A program made the translations under genes and the position numbers. Positions 23,801 through 34,160 of a DNA stretch of 64,000 nucleotides are shown in pieces (the first letter of the stretch is position 1; every line of letters starts with the position of its first letter). Source of the DNA: Tubiluchus corallicola (taxonomy: Eukaryota > Animalia > Priapulida); assembly GCA_030141605.1 (NCBI GenBank), contig JAQGDQ010000183.1, positions 62,001-126,000 on the forward strand. The letters run 5' to 3'. Under the pieces are notes generated by a model. The model did not search any database. It worked only from the letters and a program-made list of their open reading frames with translations, and had not been told where the DNA came from.

Positions 23801-26800
23801 TGACGTTTTTGGTGCACGCTAGGATAGTGAGCCAGTGACGTTTTTGGTGCATGCTAGGATAGTGAGCCAGTGACGTTTTTGGTGCATGCTAGGATAGTGA
23901 GCCAGTGACGTTTTTGGTGTATGCTAGGAAAGTGAGCCAGTGACGTTTTTGGTGCATGCTAGTATAGTGAGCCAGTGACGTTTTTGCTGCATGCTAGGAT
24001 AGTGAGCCAGGGATGTTTTTGGTGCATGCTAGGATAGTGAGCCAGTGACGTTTTTGCTGCATGCTAGGATAGTGAGCCAGGGATGTTTTTGGTGCATGCT
24101 AGGATAGTGAGCCAGTGACGTTTTTGGTGCATGCTAGGATAGTGAGCCAGCGACGTTTTTGGTGCATGCTAGGAAAGTGAGCCAGTGACGTTTTTGGTGC
24201 ATGCTAGGAAAGTGAGCCAGGGACATTTTACCAGCTGGTGGGAACATTTAAATTATCAAGGATTTTCTGTCTTAAGTACAAAGTCTTTCAAGCAGCTACG
24301 CAAAATCAAAAGTAAAATAACTTTGTATGGAAAGTTTTTTGGAACATAACTTCAAAATTTGCTTTTTCCCTTCTTTAACAAAAACCATACGTCACATACC
24401 AGAAATGACATGAAAGTCCTGAGCTATAAGAGCTTCAGCCAACACCGTAGAGTTCTTCAGCACCTGTTCCTGATAATCTCTGAACCAAGGCTCTTTGGCC
24501 TAGAATGCATTACAAGGAAATTAGTAAATCATATCAAATGATAAGACGATGACAAAAACTAGTTTACGATTTAATTTAAATGGTTAACCCGTTTCCGCGG
24601 GTTAAATTTGTTAAATGTTTTTGTTAAATTTGTAAAAGCAAGAAATCGTAATCGAAGTTTGGTGTAAATCAGCCTTTTCATAGTTCCAGCGATTGACAAT
24701 GATATTGAAAAGTTCAAAGGTTAAGTGTACCAGACAACGCATTTGTGTACACTTGACAACGCCTCGGAGCTTAAGCTATTGTGATATTAACAGTTTTAAC
24801 AGCTAACCAGAATCTTACCTAATTCATTTTCCTTGTTTTCAACAAAGTCTGCTAGTAAATCACTCCACGCACAGACTAATGCATAACTAAGTAAAGTCTA
24901 CGTAAAACAACCTAAATTATTAAACTTATATGACAGACGGCTTTGCTTTATCCACAGCACGTGACAGTTGTAGTTAAGACCCGTTGCTGTGGTACACCTT
25001 TGACCTATAGCAACTGCGCGTACGCACAACAAAACTATGAACAGGCTTATTACACAAGAGATCAATGTAATAATCAATAATCAATAATGAATCGCTAGGC
25101 ATTTTGTGAACTAGTTAGGAGGTCAAGAAACGAACAAAAATAGCACTAAAATAACAAAGAATAACACGGAAATAACAAACAATAACGTGGAAATAACAAA
25201 CAATAACACCAAAATAACAAAGAATAACACTAAAATAGCAAACAATAACGTGGAAATAACAAACAATAACACCAAAATAACAAAGCATAACACTAAAATA
25301 GCAAACAATAATGTGGAAATAACAAACAACAACACCAAAATAAACAAAGAATAACACAAAAATAAGTAACAATAACACCAAAACAACAAACAACTCTACG
25401 GATTAACCAGCATGCACTTAATGAAACCCTTCATACTGGGCTTTCTTATTTCATGCAGTTGCACAGTATAACTGAAGAAATGACTAAGAAACAATCGCTT
25501 ACTCATCCATCTGCCAACCAAACAATGCCTTGCTTAACTTATACATTGCAGGATTTAGTTCGCTCACAGTATAAAGAAGCCTTAAGAGGCATTGATTAGT
25601 CAACCGGAATGTACAGGATGTTAAGAAATGATGAAAAGGTGATGATGATGATGATGATGATTAAGAAATTTAATCACCTGTCTAAGAGCCACAGCTACAG
25701 CCGCAATCTGATGTTCGTGCGGTCCGCCCTGCAGTGCGGGAAATACGGCATTATTAATCTTCCCTTCGAGATCGTACATGACGTCTTTACCCGTCTTAGC
25801 ATCCTTGCTCTTTACGCCTTTCCGGAAGAATATCATCCCGCTTCTACATTAACAACAAAAGTCAATACTAAATCAGGAAAGAAAATTTAGTCACAAAGAA
25901 ACACCGATGTCTCCCCGCTCTTGTGCGTCAAACTGAGATATGAGTGCACTCTAATACTTCGTACCTTCGACAAATCAAAGGACAGCTACCAAAACAAACA
26001 AAAATTCTAATTACACAAAACTTTAATTTTGCCCCATTATTTATATGCCGGCATACTGTACCAAAAAGTGAAAAGAGAGTCATACAATAAATTAAATGTG
26101 CTTCAGAACTATGCTTTATGATTAGTTAATGGCCATTCTTTGAAATCATCTCACAATACAAGTAAATATTCTGCCACCTCTTTCAGAAACTCCATGAAAA
26201 TCCCGATATTAGAAGCCCACAGAGATTATCAAACTCTCTTGTTTCTCTATAAATATATCAACAATATTAATTCTCCTTTCAAAAATAATAAGCTCCCACT
26301 TCTTGAAAACCCCAGTATGAATAACAGAACACTAAATTTAAGAAACATTAGAACGAACAATCAAGATGGAAAGAATTCCATTACTAAGCAAGCAATACAA
26401 CTTATGAATTGATTACCGACATCACTAAAACACAGCAGCTCTTTATCAATATTCAAGTCTAAATAAAAAAACATTTAATGACTCGTTTTGAATATCTGAC
26501 ATATGAACACGATGATACTTACTCAAATCATAATTTCATTTTTCCTAGACCTTACTAAACTAGTTTAAGTTGCACTTATAGTTTAGCTTGCACCAGATGC
26601 ATATGCCCAGAACAGTGTATGTTTTAATATGAACCAACACTGATTGTCTGTCTTTTATTATGATGGTCAATGTTTTTAAAATGGCAAATAAAGATTTTAC
26701 TACTACTACAACTATAATCATTTAATTTCCAAGCAGCCTAGAGCAAATAATTCAGATGCACTCGCTAATAATAATTACAAACTATTTTCAGCTACCTGTG

Positions 26801-29800
26801 TGAATGTAAGACTGCTAACTTATCTTACCTAGGCCCACGAAGTGTCTTGTGTGTTGTCGTGGTAACCACATCACAGTGTTCAAATGGAGACGGTATCAAA
26901 CCAGCAGCAACAATGCCACTGATATGAGCCATGTCTGCCATTAGGTAAGCTTTGTGCTGGTCACAGACCTAAGAATAGAAAAATCAATAATCGTTATGAC
27001 AGGACTATACGACAGAAGCAGTTCTACAGTTTTTCTTAAGAATACTCCATTCCGCTTGTGTCACGTTTGCCAAAAAAATAAGCAATAGAAATTTAAACTA
27101 GTTTATTTTGTCCTTTGATGTTTGAAAGTTTGAAAAACTTTTAGCACGGTTGAGTGCGACATGCACTAAATACAAGTCCAGCAGTCCTTTAGATGTAATT
27201 TATGATTTTTTTATTGTCCAAAACGGGCAATCATAATCTCATTCCAAAATCACTATCACATCATGACATACTTGACTGACTGACATTATGTGCGACTGAC
27301 TTCGTTTTATCTGAAGCAAATAAAAACAGTTTCTGCCAATCCAAAGTCAAAAAAATAATTAACTGCTATAATGAAAATGTATATGAACTATATGAAATAT
27401 GAAGAAATCAAACTTACATCTTTGCCGCATCTTACTAACTTGCTAAAGAGAACTCGAATGACAAAATTTTGTTATAAAACGACACGATGTACTGAACAAG
27501 AATGACTTCTTTTCTATCCTGTCTCCAAAATGAGGCCAATGGCCTATTTCCTGTCTTAGCTCACCTGTCTATCAACACCCTAAATTTGCAAAAAACTAAC
27601 ACAAGCAGGCACCGCATCTATCCAAAACAATGGTTAAAAAGTTGCTATCAAGTTCAAGTATACCTTAACACACTAGCAATTTTCTATGCTTCGGTCTGAA
27701 AGAAAAATTAATATAAACACCATATACATGGTTTGATTTGTGCTAAATACAGTGTTCCCTCGCTACTCCGTGGTTCTTTTATCGTAGACTCGCTGTTTCG
27801 CGGGTTTTCAAAAATATTAATGTAAAATATTTATCGAGGTATTTTCGCTGTTTCACGGGTTTTTGCGGTACTCCACCTAAAGTATTTTTGCACATGCGTA
27901 GTACGTATTGTACAGTATTGTATAGATTTGATGAATTTTACATAAAAAATCATAATATATTAAAAATATTACATCTAACATCAAAAGAATATCATAAATC
28001 ATAAAAATTACCATTTACAGTAAATAGTGTATTTATTCCGGGGATGAATACACACCAAAAACGAAATGTAGTACTTGCACCCGCAAATAAGTATAACGTC
28101 CCTACTTCGTGGAAATTTACTTATTGCGAGTGGGCCTGGAACAGAACAACCGCGATAAGTGAGGAAACACTGTATTTAACAAATATAACAGAAAGTCAAT
28201 TTACCTCTCTAAACCTTTTATAGTCTATGATTCTAGAATAAGCCGTAGCACCAGCAATTACTAATCGAGGTCGGAAATAATGCGCTAGCTTTTCCAGTTC
28301 ATCGTAGTCTATGTACCCCGTTGCCGGCTAAAGAATCAACAAAAAGAAATTAACATTGACGCATTAAGGGAGATATTAATTCAATTACTGGACTAGAAAT
28401 GCTTTCAAACAGCAAAAATGAAAGCGAGCAGTCACGCATCGATTAACAATTTTATAGCTTGTTTAAAGGAAGACCGAACGATTGTTTAGATTCGATCTCA
28501 TTTTAATTTACTGTTTAAAATATATATTTTCTTGCCTACAAAAGTTAGCAATTGTTTCTTATATTTGAATAATTAGCTTAGAAAGTTAATTAACAGCAAC
28601 CGAACACAACTATTAGTTTCGTCACAAACTAACCACAGTTTGTGCAATGGCAGGCATCTTCCCTTGTACATCGAGCATGTTTGTGTAAGTGTTAATGCTT
28701 AAACGCATGATGTCACGAAAATGAGCTCTACATCATATGACGTCAGAAACTAACACTGCAGTTCATGATCATGGTTATTACGTTACCGCCTTCTAGTTAT
28801 TGGCCACGCGAATGTGACAAAAAGGCACCCCTGCCAATCTTAGTAGATTCACTGAGCCACGCGTAGCTATGAAACTTGAGTATCTGAGGTAATTATTAGT
28901 TAATCCAAGCTTCGATTAAAAAAAACTTTTGTAGTTTTCAATATTTTAGAGCATACTTTATTCTGAACTAAAGTTTACACAATTATCCAGTCTTCCTTTA
29001 AATATATCTTATTTAAGAATGCATACATGTGTTTTGTTTAAGTATGTATTCTTGAAACACCCATAAAAATGCGTCGTTAGGAAACTTTGTTACGGGAGAG
29101 AGAGCTGCTGCCTTTCCAAAAAAGAGTTAAAAGAAAAGACAACACAATAACAGACGGTTGCAGATGGTTAGTCCGGATTTCAAGTGGTGACTAAGACAAA
29201 CTTTTAAAGTCTTTCTTTCAATACAACTGCGGAAAAAACAAATTGATAATGTTCCTTTCTCTTGAAATATAAATTTAATAAATATGTTTCCAAATCTAAA
29301 ACTTCACACTTACGTTCAGTCTGTACGGCATCGACTCAAAAAAGATGGACGTGGCAGATATTCGTTTGGTGTCCGTCATAAAACCATGAGTTAAACTGTT
29401 AAAATGAATCATAATATCATAAGCAAATGGCAAAAAGGAGTTAACTAAAAGCAACAAACACATTTCAATCAAGTGTTTTGGTGAAATTCCTAGTAATATG
29501 TTCACTTCCTGACACTGCATTCACTTCCTAATATTGCATTCACTTCCTGATATTGCATTCACTTCCTGACGTTGCATTCAATTCCTGATATTGCATTCAC
29601 TTCCTGATATTGCATTCACTTCCTGACACTGCATTCACTTGCTGACACTGCATTCACTTCCTGACGTTGCATTCACTTCCTGATATTGCATTCACTTCCT
29701 GACACTGCATTCACTTCCTGACGTTGCATTCAATTCCTGACATTGCATTCACTTCCTGACGTTGCATTCACTTCCTGACGTTGAATTCAATTCCTGACGT

Positions 29801-32800
29801 TGCATTCACTTCCTGACACTGCATTCACTTCCTGACACTGCATTCACTTCCTGACACTGCATTCACTTGCTGACACTGCATTCACTTCCTGACATTGCAT
29901 TCAATTCCTGACACTGCATTCACTTCTTGACGTTGCATTCACTTCCTGACACTGCATTCACTTCCTGACACTGCATTCACTTCCTGACACTGCATTCACT
30001 TGCTGACACTGCATTCACTTCCTGACACTGCATTCACTTCCTGACACTGCATTCACTTCCTGACGTTGCATTCACTTCCTGACGTTGCATTCACTTCCTG
30101 ACACTGCATTCACTTCCTGACACTGCATTCACTTCCTGACGTTGCATTCAATTCCTGACGTTGCATTCACTTCCTGATCGTTGCATTCACTTCTTGACAT
30201 TGCATTCACTTCCCGACACTGCATTTACTTCCCGACACTGCATTCACTTCCCGTCACTGACACTGCATTCACTTGCTGACACTGCATTTACTTCCAGACA
30301 CTGCATTCACTTCCTGACATTGCATTCACTTCCTGACATTGCATTCACTTCCTGACACTGCATTCACTTCTTGACGTTGCATTCACTTCCTGACACTGCA
30401 TTCACTTCCTGACATTGCATTCACTTCCTGACACTGCATTCACTTGCTGACACTGCATTCACTTCCAGACACTGCATTCACTTCCTGACACTGCATTCAC
30501 TTGCTGACACTGCATTCACTTCCTGACGTTGCATTCACTTCCTGATGTTGCATTCACTTCCTGACATTGCATTCACTTCCTGACACTTCATTCGCTTCCT
30601 GACATTGCATTCGCTTCCTGACATTGCATTCACTTCCAGACACTGCATTCACTTCCTGACATTGCATTCACTTCCTGACACTGCATTCGCTTCCTGACAT
30701 TGCATTCACTTCCTGACAAGTGCTGCATTCACTTCCTGACATTGCATTCACTTCCTGACACTGCATTCACTTCCTGCCACTGCATTCACTTCCTGACGTT
30801 GCATTCACTTCCTGACATTGCATTCACTTCCCGACACTGCATTTACTTCCCGACACTGCATTCACTTCCCGTCACTGACACTGCATTCACTTGCTGACAC
30901 TGCATTTACTTCCAGACACTGCATTCACTTCCTGACATTGCATTCACTTCCTGACATTGCATTCACTTCCTGACACTGCATTCACTTCCTGACATTGCAT
31001 TCACTTCCTGATGCTGCATTCACTTCCTGACAAGTGCTGCATTCACTTCCTGACACTGCATTCACTTCCTGCCATTGCGTTCACTTCCTGTGACATTGCA
31101 TTCACTTGCTTATGCTGCATTCACTTGTTCATGTCAAACCGGAAAGCATTTTTATTAAAAATGAATAACTTACTGTCCGCCATCAGGCAAATCCATACCC
31201 ATGATGCGATCATGTGGATTCAGCAAACCTGTGTAAACCTCAAAATTTGCTGGTGAGCCGGAATACGGCTGGACATTAACACCCCACTTCTCTGGGTCGA
31301 GGTCAAAAGCTTCCAAGGCCCTCTTGCGGCAAAGATTTTCAACTTTATCTATGATTTCGTTGCCACCATAATACCTGCATTAAAGGCCAATGAAATATTC
31401 AAACTAACAAATTTATGAGTTACTCTTGCAACATTGACACAAGAACACAAATCAGTGCAGCATAGAGATTTTATGAAATTCTCTTCACTGGGTTTTAGTA
31501 AAAGATGACATGAAACAAAAATGCATTTTATTTTACCTCTGTCCGGGATAGCCCTCAGAATATTTGTTGTTTAGACAAGAACCAAGACATTCTAATACGG
31601 CACGGCTTGCGAAGTTCTGAAAAAATTAAAACAAAGATTTCAAGTAACCTGATGCACTGATATATAAGCTGACCACAAAATGGGGAAGCACAATTGAATG
31701 CTTAAAAACATCACCAGCAGTAGTAGTTGCTTTGTACATGTATGTATGAGAATTGCGACCGGGGGTATAGCTCAATGGTAGCGTGATCGCTTACCACAGG
31801 GGAAGCTCTATCTTTGTCTATTATTTTATCTTAACTATCTATCTATCTTTTGTATCATCTCATATATGAGCTTCATTCATTACACCATTCCATTCTGTAG
31901 CACTAATGTTTTCTTTATCATATGATTCATTTCAAATTTTTAGATTATTTTCATTACTTTTTTTTTCTTTCACAGTGTGGGACAATCTAACAAGCCCTGC
32001 TTTTTGATTGCCCATAACACATTTACGTTTGTATATGTAGCAAACTTAAACTATGCTAAATCTAAACTAGTTATGTGCTCAAAGTAAACTGTATACGAAT
32101 TTCCAAAGCAACATACAATAGCGATAATTCTCTTGTTTATCTTTCAACCCCACAGTGTTTTGAAAGTCAAGTTAGTATATTTGTAATGATGCTGTACATA
32201 ACGTTGTTTAGACACCAGTATTAAAGGAAGTAGTGATATCACTATCTTCGTTTACCATAGGTTGACCTACGTCTAAAGACAGTTTAAATCATTTTTTTCC
32301 AAAATTTGCTTCCTATTATGTATCTCACTGTTTGTTATTCATTGAATTATTGATCATTTTTGTTTATTTCAATGTATTAATAGTGTATTTGTGTTGATGT
32401 GAAATAAATAAACAAATATACAAATAAAAAATAAACAAGGGAGGTTGCGGGTTCGATTCTCTTGACCAAGTCATAAGATAAAAAGTTAAAAAGATGATAC
32501 TGCTGGTTCTTCGACCAAACGCGCAGGTTTATCAAGGCAACAATAATAATTGGGACAACCTTGACAAATAAGAGAAGAGTTAGTTAAGGTGTTATCCCTG
32601 TACTATGTCCTAAACAAAATTTTTGTATAATGGCTTTTACTCTTGTTCGAAAGATATTACTCAAGCTTCATTAGTCCCACAGATGATGTAACTTCCATAA
32701 ATTCCTTTGAGAAATAAATATTTCAGTAATAATAAAGACAACTTTTGGAGCCTATGTTATTTAGCAAAAAAACACACTCATACACAACAAAAAAAGACGT

Positions 32801-34096
32801 AATGTGCATAATACATTTACAATTTGTTTGGAGTTCTATAAAAAAATGTACTAGTATCTTTTGATATTTGCCTGGAAAATGTTTCTTTATTCGTTCCACA
32901 GTAAATACAGACCAGCAAACAAGTTCATTGTTGTTTACATTCAATGTCGTTGTTTGTTTACGCCGATTTGTTGTAAAACGTTGTGAATTTGGAGATAATC
33001 GGTATATACACTATTCACAAAACTATCACTTCTACTTCCCAAATGATTTCAGGTTGGCTGATGACAATGTTAGACAGGTCACAGAAGTTTCTGATGTGAC
33101 GACTGTTGAGGACTAATTAATGATCCCATGACCAGATGCAACCACGCGAAAAAAGTTACTGGCTAGTAATTTAGCAAAGGTCTTTAAGTTACTATTGGAC
33201 TGATAAGAGAAGGAGTAGCTATTGCGCTATGATCTCAACCCCAAAGAATGTTGACACTTCCTATAACTTCAGGGTATGGTATATCATTTTTTACAGATTA
33301 GGTGATATTTGCAAAACAACAAGCTGAAAAAATTATCCATTGATTCAAAAATAAGCCTGTTGTCGTGTAGAAATAACCAATTCTATAATTTAATTAAGAT
33401 TTTACTTCTGAGGCGATCAGTTCCAAGCCATTTGTTTGTCTGTTCTTCTCTTGTTTTACGAGGTCATGCATTTCTGGGTCATCTTGCTCCAAACTTTCTT
33501 GACCAGTCCACAGCATTCTTGTTATGGTACGTCCACTCGTTAAACCCTTCGAAGTGAAATAAATATATTCTTTGTTAATGTATCAGAAACTCAACGAAGC
33601 GACAGCTTGCATAAAAAGATGAGCGAGAGAATGTCTGAGGCACTGATTGAAATGAAGATGGCTTTAGTTTACACTTGACCTAGCAATAATTTGGCTTATT
33701 AGTGAACCAGGAAATAAAACCAGCCAGCAAACATTACTAAAGTTATTTTGTTACCTCTTTAAGTGCAGAAAAAGAACGCCCAAACTGAAGTGGATTCATT
33801 TTTTGGCGTCACTATACAACCAAATCACATAAATAATAAAAACACGATGCCTATAATTTTAAAATCAATTTTTGTAGATAATCTAAATTTCTTCAGCACA
33901 ATGACAGCTGGTGACAGTCTATTATATTTTGCACAGTGGACACTAGATGACGCCACATTCTGATTTTAACAAATGAACTGTTTGTAGCATACTGTACACG
34001 TACAGTTTGCATTTCTTATCGCTATACTTACAAGTAGCGTTAGTTATTATCGGTTTGATTTACCATTTTATTGCAGCGTTTAACCTGTAGCAACAT
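18675..34096 (-). CDS. SHMT2: Serine hydroxymethyltransferase, mitochondrial (12-exon gene span, 487 aa)
   Basis: Exons 34064-34096, 33406-33546, 31537-31616, 31174-31374, 29314-29395, 28205-28327, 26829-26968, 25678-25843, 24400-24499, 20905-21060, 19833-19940, 18675-18808 join in frame (1464 nt) with GT-AG introns. Motifs [43 protein letters not shown] (PLP lysine), FPALQGGPH. Confidence 0.96.
19069..19555. mobile_element. Kolobok-type MITE copy, inverted relative to 28467-28997
   Basis: Follows TTAA; reverse-complement similarity over about 480 bp to the copy in SHMT2 intron 5. Confidence 0.7.
19833..19940 (-). CDS. SHMT2: SHMT2 exon 11
   Basis: [22 protein letters not shown]; CAG / GTGAGT. 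Confidence 0.95.
20200..20866. repeat. (TATTG/CATTG)n pentanucleotide tract followed by (CAT)n
   Basis: Directly visible microsatellites in SHMT2 intron 10. Confidence 0.97.
20905..21060 (-). CDS. SHMT2: SHMT2 exon 10
   Basis: [31 protein letters not shown]; CAG / GTGAGT. Confidence 0.95.
21551..24228. repeat. 35-bp tandem array, about 76 units, SHMT2 intron 9
   Basis: Unit AGTGAGCCAGTGACGTTTTTGGTGCATGCTAGGAT. Confidence 0.98.
24400..24499 (-). CDS. SHMT2: SHMT2 exon 9
   Basis: [24 protein letters not shown]; TAG / GTATGT. Confidence 0.93.
25138..25392. repeat. 21-bp minisatellite with 63-bp superperiod
   Basis: Units AAATAACAAA(G/C)AATAAC(ACTA/GTGG/ACCA) cycling in threes. Confidence 0.9.
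25678..25843 (-). CDS. SHMT2: SHMT2 exon 8
   Basis: [36 protein letters not shown]. Confidence 0.96.
26030..26712 (+). mobile_element. LINE 3' fragment (L2/Crack/CR1 group)
   Basis: Decayed frame [42 protein letters not shown], then AATAAA and a (TAC)n tail. Confidence 0.65.
26829..26968 (-). CDS. SHMT2: SHMT2 exon 7
   Basis: [30 protein letters not shown]. Confidence 0.97.
27750..28172. mobile_element. Tc1/pogo-type MITE family B
   Basis: TIR CAGTGTT(C/T)CCTC, TA duplication; second copy at 50293-50637. Confidence 0.88.
28205..28327 (-). CDS. SHMT2: SHMT2 exon 6
   Basis: [41 protein letters not shown]. Confidence 0.96.
28467..28997. mobile_element. Kolobok-type MITE
   Basis: TTAA|AGGAAGAC ... 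GTCTTCCT|TTAA; related copies at 19069-19555 and 39183-39308. Confidence 0.75.
29314..29395 (-). CDS. SHMT2: SHMT2 exon 5
   Basis: [27 protein letters not shown]. Confidence 0.96.
29501..31128. repeat. 19-bp tandem array, about 85 units, SHMT2 intron 4
   Basis: Unit CTGCATTCACTTCCTGACA; fills almost the whole intron. Confidence 0.98.
31174..31374 (-). CDS. SHMT2: SHMT2 exon 4
   Basis: [39 protein letters not shown]. Confidence 0.97.
31537..31616 (-). CDS. SHMT2: SHMT2 exon 3
   Basis: [27 protein letters not shown]. Confidence 0.97.
31761..32640 (+). mobile_element. tRNA-derived SINE split by a roughly 640-bp insertion
   Basis: A-box half GGGGGTATAGCTCAATGGTAG at 31761; B-box half GGAGGTTGCGGGTTCGATTC at 32440, followed by a body resembling the SINE at 38811. 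Confidence 0.6.
33406..33546 (-). CDS. SHMT2: SHMT2 exon 2
   Basis: [47 protein letters not shown]; AAG acceptor position inferred. Confidence 0.9.
34064..34096 (-). CDS. SHMT2: SHMT2 exon 1 (start of transit peptide)
   Basis: [14 protein letters not shown]|GTAAAT, phase 0 matching exon 2; joined N-terminus is basic and lacks acidic residues. Confidence 0.65.
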
Positions 34097-34126
34097 TTCC
34101 AAATAGCTGCAGTTCTATTACTCACG

Positions 34127-34160
34127 ATGTCGGTGGAAAGACAACTGTCAATTTCACAGG
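34127..34160 (+). CDS. BLMH: BLMH exon 1 (predicted)
   Basis: MSVERQLSISQ G|GTATCG; phase 1 fits exon 2; the donor is weak. Confidence 0.55.

Noticed and set aside
21551-24228. CRISPR-like array of 35-bp units
   Set aside because: Units are contiguous with no unique spacers, there are no cas genes, and the array is in a eukaryotic intron; the same applies to the other arrays.
31761-31800. tRNA gene
   Set aside because: Only the 5' half is present; the B box is 640 bp away and followed by a SINE body.
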